Part shown: one piece after another, positions 37,511-47,158 of the stretch | Numbering within the stretch: position 1 is the first letter of the stretch | How the letters are laid out: each line of letters opens with the position of its first letter | Assembly (NCBI GenBank): GCA_948434005.1 | Contig: CAOJEH010000001.1 | Span: 219,880 to 283,879 of the forward strand | Source: an uncultured Mycoplasmatota bacterium | GTDB lineage: Bacteria; Bacillota_I; Bacilli_A; RF39; UBA660 | Direction: 5' to 3' | Length of the DNA stretch: 64,000 bases | Translations under genes and position numbers: made by a program | The notes under the pieces: model-generated | Databases searched by the model: none | Told to the model about the DNA's origin: nothing | What the model saw: only the letters and a program-made list of their open reading frames with translations

Positions 37511-37675
37511 ATAACCACCACCTTAATGATAGAGTAAATAAGCTTATAAGTAAATAATAATTAAGAATAATAATGTAAATTAACAAAAAAATAAATAAAA
37601 TAGATATATATAATCACACAAATTACATATTTGCCATAAAATAATGTGAATACCATAAAAAAGGAGGAAATTTCT

Positions 37676-37756
37676 ATGGGTAATTATGTTTCATCAACTG
37701 CAATTATATTAGTATTATTCATTCTTTTAATTATTATTCTAGGTGCTTATATTTAA
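37676..37756 (+). CDS. YjcZ-family small sporulation peptide (26 aa), not in the ORF track
   Basis: AAGGAGG RBS. Encodes MGNYVSSTAIILVLFILLIIILGAYI. The hydrophobic core ALIVVLFILLIIVG is the hallmark of the YjcZ family. Confidence 0.45.
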   Translation: MGNYVSSTAIILVLFILLIIILGAYI

Positions 37757-37769
37757 GGAGGTGTAAATA

Positions 37770-37880
37770 ATGGCTTGCCAAGAAAATACATGCTGCCATG
37801 GTGGCAGAAGTAATTACTTAATTATATTAGTATTATATATATTACTTGCAATTATCTTAGGAAGTAGTATAGCTTGCTAA
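37770..37880 (+). CDS. YjcZ-family small sporulation peptide (36 aa), not in the ORF track
   Basis: AGGAGG RBS. Encodes MACQENTCCHGGRSNYLIILVLYILLAIILGSSIAC, a Cys/Gly-rich head followed by the same LIILVLYILLAIILG core. Confidence 0.4.
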   Translation: MACQENTCCHGGRSNYLIILVLYILLAIILGSSIAC

Positions 37881-37976
37881 TAAAATTCAACTTATGTTTT
37901 TAGTATTAAAAATATGTGATAATTAGTTACTAAAGTAATTGGTTATTGCATTTTTTTTGGTCCATACTAATAATAG

Positions 37977-38495
37977 GTGATGATAATGAGAAAGCTAACT
38001 TATTATATAAATATATTTTTAGTATATTCAATAATTGGTTTTATAATAGAAACCACTTTAAAAACTTTTTTCTTTAAACATATGAATAATGGAATTATGT
38101 ATGGCCCTTGGATTCCTGTATATGGATTAGGTTCAGTTTTAATTATTATAATTATGAGATTAGTATTTAATAGATTTAAAGTTCCAAGGTGGTTAAAAAT
38201 AGTATTAGTTTTTATAATATCAATGATAGTACTTTCTTTAATAGAATTATTAGGTGGTATTTTAATAGAAAAAATATTTAATAAAGTCTTTTGGGATTAT
38301 AGTGATTTAAAATTTAATATAGGACATTATATTGCTTTAGAAATAAGTTTAATTTGGGGTGTTATGTCATTAGTAGTTGTTTATATTATAAAGCCATTAC
38401 TAGATAAGATAATAAAAAAAATACCAAGCATAATAACCTACTTAGTATTATTTATATTTTTAATTGATGCAGTAATCACTTTTTTGAAAACTTAG
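37977..38495 (+). CDS. Hypothetical membrane protein (172 aa)
   Basis: Four predicted TM segments. Confidence 0.4.
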   Translation: MMIMRKLTYYINIFLVYSIIGFIIETTLKTFFFKHMNNGIMYGPWIPVYGLGSVLIIIIMRLVFNRFKVPRWLKIVLVFIISMIVLSLIELLGGILIEKIFNKVFWDYSDLKFNIGHYIALEISLIWGVMSLVVVYIIKPLLDKIIKKIPSIITYLVLFIFLIDAVITFLKT

Positions 38496-38874
38496 AATAA
38501 ACTTCATCAATGGGAATTAATATATCTTCATTAAAACTCATTTTACCATTATCATCTTCAAATCTTGGTATAAGATGAATATGATAATGTTTAACTTCTT
38601 GCCCGAAACCATTATTCTGGGCAATAGTTAAACCATCACAATTAAGACTCTCTTTTACCATTGGATATAATTTTTCCCTAATTAAGTTAACTGAATGAGA
38701 AACAACATTAGTATCAATATCAAATAAGTTTTCATAATGCTTTTTAGGTATAATAAGCATATGACCATTAGCAACAGGATTAACATCTAAAAATACTTTT
38801 ACTATATCGTCTTCATATATAGTATATGAAGGAATTTCCCCTTTTATAATTTTACAAAATATACAATCACTCAT
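38476..38874 (-). CDS. hit: HIT-family (histidine triad) protein
   Basis: CIFCKII..E.P at the N-terminus and HYHIHLIP (the HxHxHxx motif). Confidence 0.85.
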   Translation of the reverse strand: MSDCIFCKIIKGEIPSYTIYEDDIVKVFLDVNPVANGHMLIIPKKHYENLFDIDTNVVSHSVNLIREKLYPMVKESLNCDGLTIAQNNGFGQEVKHYHIHLIPRFEDDNGKMSFNEDILIPIDEVYSKFSKK

Positions 38875-38883
38875 AAAATCCTC

Positions 38884-39723
38884 CTAATCAATATATTTAT
38901 AATTGATATTATATTTATCTATTACTTTTTTATCTTTATTAATAATAGAATCTACAATTTCTTCTATATTATTTATAATTAATTCACTAGTTAAATTTTC
39001 TATTTCTAATGACTTAGTAATATCTTCTTTATTTATTAATACTATAGAGTAATATTTAGGTCTTAGGTTATTTGATTCTATAAACTTATAGTATTTATTA
39101 ACTTCATTTATAATAACATCCCTACTAAATTTATTAACTACTATATTAGATTTAGATGTATATATGGATAACAAATTAACATTATCATCTTTTATAATCG
39201 CATCTTTAATAACACTACTATATTTATCTAAATCTTTTGTAAAAGAGATATTAGTATCAGTATATTTTTTAGAATTAGATAACTTCTTTAAAAACTTATT
39301 TTTATAAAAACTTAGTATACTATTACCTTTAATATAGTCATTTTTATAAGTACTTTCAAAATTTTTATTTTTATAATAAATCATAAAATATAAGTTTTTA
39401 TTATCTTTAGATATAACTTTAGTTTCATATCTTTTTTTTATATTATTATATTTAGTTTTACCTATTTTTATATCGTTAGATATATCACTATAAGTATCTT
39501 TAATATGCTCATTTATTTTTTTCTCTGCTTTTGGAAGCAAGAATTCCTTACTTTTTACATTAACTATAATTATTCCATAAAATGAAATTACAAATATAAA
39601 TAGCAGTGCCATACCTATAGTTAGTTGTTTTTTTGTATCCATAAAACCACCTATTTTCATTTTAGCAGATATAAAAATAAAAGCAACCCTATGGTTGCGT
39701 ATATGAACACAGCAAGTATTCAT
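38884..39723 (-). CDS. Hypothetical N-terminally membrane-anchored protein (279 aa)
   Basis: Single N-terminal TM followed by a K/N/Y-rich extracytoplasmic domain. Confidence 0.4.
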   Translation of the reverse strand: MNTCCVHIRNHRVAFIFISAKMKIGGFMDTKKQLTIGMALLFIFVISFYGIIIVNVKSKEFLLPKAEKKINEHIKDTYSDISNDIKIGKTKYNNIKKRYETKVISKDNKNLYFMIYYKNKNFESTYKNDYIKGNSILSFYKNKFLKKLSNSKKYTDTNISFTKDLDKYSSVIKDAIIKDDNVNLLSIYTSKSNIVVNKFSRDVIINEVNKYYKFIESNNLRPKYYSIVLINKEDITKSLEIENLTSELIINNIEEIVDSIINKDKKVIDKYNINYKYID

Positions 39724-39824
39724 ATATATTATGATTATTAATAAATATTTTTATACAATTTATTGTTAATTTAAAAAATATATGGTATTATGTTGTATAT
39801 AGTATGAAAATAGGTGGTGTAGCT

Positions 39825-41561
39825 ATGGAAATATTAAAAGGTACAGTACAGGAACAAGGTTATCCTCCAGTTCCAGATGTTTATTATGGAAAAGTAGATG
39901 AAAAAACTATATATTATTTCATACCTGATGGGAAGATGGCAAATGGTAATATTATTGTTAGTACTAATTTAAAAGAAGCTGTAGGTCATGCACCACATAC
40001 ATCACTAGGCTACATAGATCCAAATGGTAATGTATTAATTCCTTGCGAACATAAAACTATTAAACAAGTAGGAAATAAAGAGGATAACATATTATTAGCA
40101 GAGAAAAATATTCCAACAAGTGAATCAGTAACTGCAATTATTAAAAGTATGAGTAATCCCGCTAATCAACAAGCAATAGAAGAAAATGGCAAGAAAATAA
40201 AAGACCAAATGATTCAAGCAATGGGAATGAGTGGAGATTTTATTTTTGACAATCAATGTTCTGAAGCTGCTCTTTATACAATGGGCGGTATAAATGTTTC
40301 AAATGGATATTATAGTTTTATATCAGAGTTAAACAGTAATTATTATTTTGCAACAAATGTGCCCGGACAACAAATATTAACCTTTAACCCATCTATGATA
40401 GCACAACAAGAACAACAACAGCCAGAACAAGAAGCTATGCCTAATATAGATATCCCAATTCAACAACAAGTAGAAAATGAGGGAGTGCTAAATCAACAAG
40501 GTATAGATATGCCACCTCAAGTAGAACCAGAAGCAAAAGAACAAGAACCTCAAACTACTGCTATTGAGACACTTGAACAAACAAATACACCAATTGTTAG
40601 TAATTCAGAAGCAGAGGAAAGATTGGACCAAATAATGGGATTTGCAAATACAGGGCTTAATGATAGTAGCCAAGAATCAGCTGAAACAAATAGAGAAATT
40701 GAAGATCAAAGTCAAGAACCAGGGAAAAAGGAAGCTGAAGCAGGTGAAGATGAAATGACTGCCGAAGGTGAAGATAAAGAAGAGATGGAAGCTGAAGCAG
40801 GTGAAGATGAAATGACTGCCGAAGGCGAAGATAAAGAAGAGATGGAAGCTGAAGCAGGTGAAGATGAAATGACTGCCGAAGGCGAAGATAAAGAAGAGAT
40901 GGAAGCTGAAGCAGGTGAAGATGAAATGACTGCCGAAGGTGAAGATAAAGAAGAGATGGAAGCTGAAGCAGATGAAGATGAAATCACTGCCGAAAGTAAA
41001 GAACCAGGAGAAATTAAAACTAAGGAAGATGAAGAACAATCAAAAGTAATAGATTTTCCAAATATATATAAATTAAACGACGAAGATATTTCAACTCCAG
41101 TAATTAGAGATGCAACTCAAACAATTATAAATATAGTAGGGGAAAATAGAAAATTAAGGCAAGAATTAGATAAACGTGATGGGAAAATAAGTATTTTAGA
41201 ATCCAATTTAGAAATTCTTAATGAAGATTCTAGAGCAAAAGATGAAGAAAATAAATCATTAAGACAAGAACTTGCTAAAGAAAGAGAAGAAAAAGCTTTA
41301 TATAAAAATCAAGCTGCCGAAAGTAATAGAGAATCTATTAAATTAAGAGGGGCTTTAGAAAGACAAGTTGATATAAGTAAAGAAAAAGATAGACAAGTTA
41401 AAGAGTTACTTGGACAAGTAGCAGGACTATCTAACTTAAATAACGCTGTTATGGAAGCTAATGCTTTAGTACAACCTGCAGAAAATAATAGTGGAGATAA
41501 TTTAATATATGGTGACTTTACTTACTTGGGTAATGCCAAATCAAAAAGTAAAGTTGCTTAA
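39825..41561 (+). CDS. Hypothetical acidic protein with an internal 19-aa tandem-repeat array and a C-terminal coiled-coil
   Basis: Start set at MEILKG (AGGTGGTG RBS). N-terminal globular region, then an E/D-rich linker with (EAEAGEDEMTAEGEDKEEM)x4, then a heptad-like region (RKLRQELDKRDGKISILESNLEILNEDSRAKDEENKSLRQELAKEREE). Confidence 0.5.
   Translation: MEILKGTVQEQGYPPVPDVYYGKVDEKTIYYFIPDGKMANGNIIVSTNLKEAVGHAPHTSLGYIDPNGNVLIPCEHKTIKQVGNKEDNILLAEKNIPTSESVTAIIKSMSNPANQQAIEENGKKIKDQMIQAMGMSGDFIFDNQCSEAALYTMGGINVSNGYYSFISELNSNYYFATNVPGQQILTFNPSMIAQQEQQQPEQEAMPNIDIPIQQQVENEGVLNQQGIDMPPQVEPEAKEQEPQTTAIETLEQTNTPIVSNSEAEERLDQIMGFANTGLNDSSQESAETNREIEDQSQEPGKKEAEAGEDEMTAEGEDKEEMEAEAGEDEMTAEGEDKEEMEAEAGEDEMTAEGEDKEEMEAEAGEDEMTAEGEDKEEMEAEADEDEITAESKEPGEIKTKEDEEQSKVIDFPNIYKLNDEDISTPVIRDATQTIINIVGENRKLRQELDKRDGKISILESNLEILNEDSRAKDEENKSLRQELAKEREEKALYKNQAAESNRESIKLRGALERQVDISKEKDRQVKELLGQVAGLSNLNNAVMEANALVQPAENNSGDNLIYGDFTYLGNAKSKSKVA
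40731..41015 (+). repeat. 57-bp in-frame tandem repeat: 4 near-perfect copies plus 1 degenerate copy
   Basis: The unit gaagctgaagcaggtgaagatgaaatgactgccgaagg(t/c)gaagataaagaagagatg repeats head-to-tail at 40731, 40788, 40845 and 40902, with a single T/C difference. A degenerate fifth unit starts at 40959. Confidence 0.9.
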
Positions 41562-41563
41562 TG

Positions 41564-41586
41564 GAACACAAAGGTGTTCTTTTTCT
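41564..41586 (+). terminator. Terminator after the repeat protein gene
   Basis: gaacac-aaag-gtgttc followed by tttttc. Confidence 0.55.
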
Positions 41587-41682
41587 TTAAAAAAAGCTAA
41601 AACTGTGATAGAATATAACTGTTTCAAAAACTAACAATTTTTTTAATAATAGTCATATAAAATATAAATGGAGATGATTTAT

Positions 41683-42447
41683 ATGTTAGATATAAATAAA
41701 ATAACTGTCATAACTAAAGATAGTAAAAAAGAAATTATAAAAGATTTATCATTAAAAATAAATGATGGAGAAGTACATGCTATTATGGGTCCAAATGGTA
41801 CTGGTAAATCTACACTATCAAAAGTAATAATGGGTAATTATAAATATGAATTAACTAAAGGCGATATACTATTTAATAATAAATCTATAATTGATTTAGA
41901 AGTAGATGAGCGAGCAAAGTTAGGTATATTTTTAGCAATGCAAGATCCTACAGTAGTAGATGGTGTAACTAATAGTGAATTTTTAAAAACTGCAACGACA
42001 GAGATAACTAAAGAACGTATAAACTATTTTGACTTTATAAAAGGTATAGATAAATGTCTTAATGATTTAGAGTTAAGTGAAGATATGATACATCGTTCTC
42101 TAAATAAAGGTTTTTCAGGAGGAGAGAAGAAGAAAAATGAAATCCTCCAATTAAAAATGTTAAAACCTAAGTTTATTATTCTAGACGAAATAGATTCTGG
42201 TCTAGATGTAGATAGTTTAAAGATAGTATGCAGTAATATAAACGATTATTTAAAAGATAATAAAGATACATCTCTTCTTATAATTACGCACTATCCAAGA
42301 ATATTAGAATATATAAAACCAGACTATGTACATATAATGACAGATGGTAAAATTAAAAAAACAGGTGATATAGATTTAGCATTCACAACAGAAAAAGAAG
42401 GATATAATAGTATAAATGAAGTAAGAGGAAAGAGTTCTAATGAATAA
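41683..42447 (+). CDS. sufC: Fe-S cluster assembly ATPase SufC
   Basis: ABC ATPase with GPNGTGKSTL Walker A, LSGGEKKK signature and ILDEIDSGLD Walker B. First gene of the suf cluster. Confidence 0.85.
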   Translation: MLDINKITVITKDSKKEIIKDLSLKINDGEVHAIMGPNGTGKSTLSKVIMGNYKYELTKGDILFNNKSIIDLEVDERAKLGIFLAMQDPTVVDGVTNSEFLKTATTEITKERINYFDFIKGIDKCLNDLELSEDMIHRSLNKGFSGGEKKKNEILQLKMLKPKFIILDEIDSGLDVDSLKIVCSNINDYLKDNKDTSLLIITHYPRILEYIKPDYVHIMTDGKIKKTGDIDLAFTTEKEGYNSINEVRGKSSNE

Positions 42448-43060
42448 AATAGATATAGATAGTAAAAAAATAACTATTACCTCTTCAAAAGAAATATATA
42501 TATATGATGAAGATGATACAGAAAGAATCTATAATATAGAAGAAAAAGTATTATTAAAAATATATCATTATAATGTAGATAGTAATGCTAAAGTAATTAT
42601 TAATATAAATACCGAAGGTGCAGAAGTAGAATATCATTATAGTACTATTAGTTATAAAGATAATTCATTTAAAATAGAAGTCAATCATAATAGAAAAAAT
42701 ACTATTAGTAATATTTATAATCATGGAGTAAATATTTTAAATAATAAACTACATTTTGATATATCTGGTATAGTAAAAAAGAATATAAAAAATTGTACTT
42801 GTAATCAAGAAAATCAAATAATTAACATATCTGATGGAGATAGTACAATATTACCTATACTTTTAATAGATAACTATGATGTATCATCATCTCACTCTGC
42901 ATATATTGGTAAATTTAGAGAAGATATATTATTTTATCTTATGAGTAGAGGAATAAGTAGGGATATTTCTACTAAGTTATTAATATATTCATTATTAGTA
43001 AATGATAGTGAGGATAGTGAAGAGTTAATTAAGTTTAAAAATAAAATAGAAAATATATAG
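42440..43060 (+). CDS. sufD: Minimal SufD-like protein (206 aa, about half the usual length)
   Basis: C-terminal FYLMSRGISRDISTKLLIYSLLV matches the SufB/SufD C-terminal helix (compare SufB here, FYLMSRGISKERATELIVLGFL). Only the beta-helix/C-terminal part appears to be present. Confidence 0.5.
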   Translation: MNKIDIDSKKITITSSKEIYIYDEDDTERIYNIEEKVLLKIYHYNVDSNAKVIININTEGAEVEYHYSTISYKDNSFKIEVNHNRKNTISNIYNHGVNILNNKLHFDISGIVKKNIKNCTCNQENQIINISDGDSTILPILLIDNYDVSSSHSAYIGKFREDILFYLMSRGISRDISTKLLIYSLLVNDSEDSEELIKFKNKIENI

Positions 43061-43071
43061 AAGGTGATAAT

Positions 43072-44268
43072 ATGAATAGAGATGATTTCCCAATTTTAAA
43101 AGATGGGGTAATTTATTTCGATAATGGTGCGACAACACTTAAACCAAACTGTGTTGTTAATGAAATGGTAAATTATTACACTAAATATACTTCTAATATA
43201 CATAGAGGCGATTATGATAACGCAATGAAAACAAATGAAGTCTATGATAAAGTAAGAGAAATTGTAAAAGATTTCATTAATGCAAAAGATATAAGAGAAA
43301 TAGTTTATACAAGTGGTGCAACAGAATCAATCAATTTAGTAGCGTTTGGGTTCTTTAAAAAATACTTAAAAAAAGATGATGAAGTTTTAATTAATAAAGC
43401 AGAACATGCATCTAATGTACTCCCTTGGTTAGTGTTAGAAAAAGAAATAGGAATTAAGGTTAAATATATTCCTCTAGATGAAAATCATGAATTAACTATA
43501 GATAATATAGAAAAAACTATTACAGATAAAACCAAAGTAATATCAGTCGCACATATTTCTAATGTTATAGGAGATGTTAGAAATATAGATGAAATAGGAA
43601 AAATCTGTAAGAGTAAAAACATTTATTTTGTAGTTGATGCTGCCCAAAGTATATCTCATTATAAAATAGATGTAGAAAAATCTAATATTTCATTTTTAGC
43701 TTTTTCTGGGCATAAGATGATGGGACCTACTGGAGTAGGAATATTATATGGAAAAAAAGACTTATTAGAAAAAACTGATCCTCTTAAGTATGGAGGCGGA
43801 ATGAATCAAAGCTTTGAATCAAATGGTGATTATATATTAAAAACAACACCTATTAAATTTGAAGCAGGAACTCCACCAATCGCAGAGGTTATAGGTTTAG
43901 GAGAAGCTATAAAGTTTATTAAAAGTATTGGTATTGAAAAAATACATGACTATGAGTTAAAATTAAAAGAGTATATGGTAGAAGAGTTATCTAAAATACC
44001 AAATATAATTTTATACAATAAAAATAGTAAAAGTGGTATTTTAGCTTTCAATGTAGAAGGCGTATTTAGTCAAGATACTTCTGTATATTTAAATCATTAT
44101 AATATTGCAATACGAGCAGGAAATCATTGTGCTAAGATATTAAAAGATGATTTAGAAATAAAGAATACATGTAGAGTTAGCTTATGTTTATATAATACTA
44201 AAGAAGAAATTGATGTATTAGTTAAAGCCTTAAAAAATAGTAAAGATATATTTAAAGTGGTGATATAG
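43072..44268 (+). CDS. sufS: Cysteine desulfurase SufS
   Basis: Class V aminotransferase fold with the PLP Lys in SGHKMMGPTGVGILYG and the catalytic Cys loop RAGNHCA. Confidence 0.85.
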   Translation: MNRDDFPILKDGVIYFDNGATTLKPNCVVNEMVNYYTKYTSNIHRGDYDNAMKTNEVYDKVREIVKDFINAKDIREIVYTSGATESINLVAFGFFKKYLKKDDEVLINKAEHASNVLPWLVLEKEIGIKVKYIPLDENHELTIDNIEKTITDKTKVISVAHISNVIGDVRNIDEIGKICKSKNIYFVVDAAQSISHYKIDVEKSNISFLAFSGHKMMGPTGVGILYGKKDLLEKTDPLKYGGGMNQSFESNGDYILKTTPIKFEAGTPPIAEVIGLGEAIKFIKSIGIEKIHDYELKLKEYMVEELSKIPNIILYNKNSKSGILAFNVEGVFSQDTSVYLNHYNIAIRAGNHCAKILKDDLEIKNTCRVSLCLYNTKEEIDVLVKALKNSKDIFKVVI

Positions 44269-44702
44269 TGGATAAAGAAATAAAAAGAGCAATAATTCTA
44301 GATAATTATCAAAATCCTATAAATAAAGGATTAAAAAAAGATGATTCATATATATTAAAAAATACTAATAATGAATCATGTATAGATAATATAGATATGA
44401 TGATGAAAGCAGAAAATGGAGTAATTAAAGATATTTTATTTGATGGAGAAGCATGTGCTATATGTACATCAGCAACTAGTATAATTATAAAAAGTCTTAT
44501 AGGCAAAACTTTAGATGAAGCAGAAAAAATTATTACAAATTATCAGGATATGATAAATGAAAAAGATTATGATAAGGACCTATTAGGGGAACTTATAGTG
44601 TATGAAGATATATGTATGCAACCAAATAGAAAGAAATGTGCCCTACTTCCTAGCAATGCAGTAGAAAAGATTTTAGAGGTGATTAGAAATGAAAAAAAGT
44701 GA
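44268..44702 (+). CDS. sufU: Zinc-dependent sulfurtransferase SufU
   Basis: IscU-like fold with three Cys ligands (NESCID, GEACAICT, DICMQP). GTG start overlapping the sufS stop. Confidence 0.75.
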   Translation: MDKEIKRAIILDNYQNPINKGLKKDDSYILKNTNNESCIDNIDMMMKAENGVIKDILFDGEACAICTSATSIIIKSLIGKTLDEAEKIITNYQDMINEKDYDKDLLGELIVYEDICMQPNRKKCALLPSNAVEKILEVIRNEKK

Positions 44703-45237
44703 ATTAGAAGATATTATGCTGGATACTAAAAACTTATTTATGGCAGAAATTAGATTTTATGATGCAGAAAAGGGACTAGAAAAAGAAGATGAAAGATTAG
44801 TGCCAAAGACTATAGTGTATAAAAGAAATAATGAATGCTATGGTGTAGTTATTAATGAGCGCCTTCCTCTAGTTAAGTCTAGTACCATCACTTTAGGTGA
44901 TTATATTCCTTTTAGTGAAATAAAAAATCCTGAATTAATGGATGAAAAAGGAATATGTTATGTAGAAGTGGAATCTAGCTTTATAGAAGAAATTAAAAAA
45001 CAGGACAAAATATCTATTAGAGAACTAGAAAATAGGATATTAAATTCAGATATTTATTTTAAAGAAAGAATTCATATTATAGAAAGCAGAGTAAATTTAA
45101 GTAATAAAGGAATTAACGGAATTAAGGGGCTAAAATTGAGAAGAATGGCACATAGAGATTGGGATAAAAATTGCCATTTTAAACAAAAATTAGAACAGCT
45201 TAACAAACACAAAAAGTTAGCAAAAGGCACTATTTAG
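44689..45237 (+). CDS. Hypothetical protein (182 aa) inserted between sufU and sufB
   Basis: In-operon ORF overlapping the sufU end by 14 nt. No Fe-S or other recognisable motif. Confidence 0.35.
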   Translation: MKKSELEDIMLDTKNLFMAEIRFYDAEKGLEKEDERLVPKTIVYKRNNECYGVVINERLPLVKSSTITLGDYIPFSEIKNPELMDEKGICYVEVESSFIEEIKKQDKISIRELENRILNSDIYFKERIHIIESRVNLSNKGINGIKGLKLRRMAHRDWDKNCHFKQKLEQLNKHKKLAKGTI

Positions 45238-45243
45238 AAATCG

Positions 45244-46566
45244 GTGATAAAAGTGGAGATAATAGGATTAAGCAAGGAAAATATAGAAAAAATATCTAAA
45301 ATTAAAAATGAAGATGAATGGATTAAAGACTTTAGAATAAGGGGTTATAATTCATTTGTTAATCAAAGTATGCCTTCATTTGGTCCAAAAATAGCGATAG
45401 ATTTTAATAAAATAATATATTATAAATCAAACGAAATAGATAAGAAAATCGAAAATGATTGGAATAACGTTTTAAAGCCAGTAAAAGATGAATTAGAGGA
45501 TTTAGGAGTATTAGAAAGTGAACAACATCTTGGTGGGATGGGTGTTCAATATGAAAGCGAAGTAATATACCATAGTATGCTAGAAGAACTAGAGAAGAAA
45601 AAAGTTATTTTTACATCAATAGAAGTTGCTATGAAAAAATATCCTGAGTTAGTTAAAAAATATTTTGGTAAAATAGTTAATTCTAATGAGAATAAGTTTT
45701 CGGCACTTAATTCAGCTGTTTTTAGTGGTGGAAGTTTTATTTACGTTCCTAAGAATACAACACTAGATAGACCACTTCAAAGTTATTTTAGAATAAATAG
45801 TAAAAATATGGGTCAATTTGAAAGAACTTTAATAATTGTAGATGATAATTCTGATCTTCATTATGTAGAAGGCTGTACCGCACCTACTTATAGTGAATCA
45901 TCACTTCATGCCGCTGTAGTTGAAATCTATGTTGGAAAAAATAGTAAATGTAGATATTCAACTATTCAAAATTGGGCAACTAATGTATATAATTTAGTTA
46001 CTAAAAGGGCTTTAGTTGATGAAGGTGGTACTATGGAGTGGATTGATGGAAATATTGGTTCTAAAGTAACTATGAAGTATCCTTGTTGTATACTAAAGGG
46101 GGACAATTCAAATGGTACATGTGTTACTATAAGTGTCGCATCATCTAATCAAAATCAAGATAGTGGTGCTAGAATGATTCATTTAGGTAAAAATACTAGA
46201 AGTAACATTATTTCAAAAAGCATTTCTCAAAATGGTGGTAATGCAACATATAGAGGTAAGATTGATATTAAAAAAACTGCAATTAATAGTGAAGCTTTTG
46301 TAAAATGTGATACATTGTTACTTGATGATAAATCAAAAACTGATACAATTCCAGTAAATATATGTAGTAATAAAGAGAGTAATATTGAACATGAAGCTAC
46401 AGTATCAAAAATAAATGATGATACACTTTTCTATTTAATGAGTAGAGGTATTTCTAAAGAAAGAGCAACAGAATTAATAGTATTAGGTTTCTTAGATAAG
46501 TTTAGAGAAGAACTACCTATGGAATATGCAGTTGAATTAAATGGATTAATCAAAAGAAACTTATAA
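45244..46566 (+). CDS. sufB: Fe-S cluster assembly scaffold SufB
   Basis: Beta-helix repeats and the C-terminal FYLMSRGISKERATELIVLGFL motif. Length is 440 aa. Confidence 0.8.
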   Translation: MIKVEIIGLSKENIEKISKIKNEDEWIKDFRIRGYNSFVNQSMPSFGPKIAIDFNKIIYYKSNEIDKKIENDWNNVLKPVKDELEDLGVLESEQHLGGMGVQYESEVIYHSMLEELEKKKVIFTSIEVAMKKYPELVKKYFGKIVNSNENKFSALNSAVFSGGSFIYVPKNTTLDRPLQSYFRINSKNMGQFERTLIIVDDNSDLHYVEGCTAPTYSESSLHAAVVEIYVGKNSKCRYSTIQNWATNVYNLVTKRALVDEGGTMEWIDGNIGSKVTMKYPCCILKGDNSNGTCVTISVASSNQNQDSGARMIHLGKNTRSNIISKSISQNGGNATYRGKIDIKKTAINSEAFVKCDTLLLDDKSKTDTIPVNICSNKESNIEHEATVSKINDDTLFYLMSRGISKERATELIVLGFLDKFREELPMEYAVELNGLIKRNL

Positions 46567-46602
46567 ATTTAATTTTTATAAATAATTAATAAATCAGAAT
46601 AG

Positions 46603-46630
46603 GAAAATTCAGTAATTGAATTTCTTTTTT
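46603..46630 (+). terminator. Terminator after sufB
   Basis: gaaaattca-gtaat-tgaatttc (one bulge) followed by tttttttt. Confidence 0.45.
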
Positions 46631-46720
46631 TTCGTTAAAAATACTAAGTAATATATAAAAATAGTGATTTGAATAATAAAAAAATATAAGTTAGTATTAT
46701 CGAAAGAAAGGAGAGATAAT

Positions 46721-47065
46721 ATGCTGAATCAGATAGTCCTAGTAGGTAGACTTACTAAGGACGTACAAGTAAATAAATCTGAAAAGGGAAAACAAGTAGC
46801 TAGTTTGGTTCTTGCAATACCAAGAAGTTTCAAGAATATGAATGGCACCTATGATACAGATTTTATAGAATGTACTCTATTTGATAATATAGCGCAAAAT
46901 ACTTCAGAGTATTGTCATAAAGGCGATATATTAGGAGTTAAAGGAAGAGTACAATCTAGATTAGTAGAAAATAATGGCGATAAAAGAACTATAATAGAAG
47001 TTATCGCTGAAAAAGTAACCTTTTTAACCTCAAAAAAAGAAGAAGCAAATTCTGAAGAAGAATAA
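46721..47065 (+). CDS. ssb: Single-stranded DNA-binding protein (short, SsbB-like)
   Basis: OB-fold start MLNQIVLVGRLTKDVQV...GKQVASLVLA. It is 114 aa with an acidic end EEANSEEE but no canonical D-I/D-P-F tip. Confidence 0.7.
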   Translation: MLNQIVLVGRLTKDVQVNKSEKGKQVASLVLAIPRSFKNMNGTYDTDFIECTLFDNIAQNTSEYCHKGDILGVKGRVQSRLVENNGDKRTIIEVIAEKVTFLTSKKEEANSEEE

Positions 47066-47158
47066 TTAAAAGTTTATTATTAATTAACTTTAACCAAAAT
47101 ACCTTTTTGAATAATTATAATGTTTTTAAGAAAAACTATTATATAAAGAGGTGATGGT

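Noticed and set aside
40731-41015. Possible CRISPR array (regular direct repeats)
   Set aside because: The repeats are contiguous with no spacers. They are in-frame and coding, with a 57-bp unit. No cas genes are present in the window.
40677-41039. Antisense ORFs of 120 and 91 aa (40677..41039 and 40712..40987) with repetitive FIF/SSS-rich translations
   Set aside because: They are reverse-frame readings of the 57-bp tandem repeat array inside the acidic protein gene. The periodicity comes from the repeat, not from selection.
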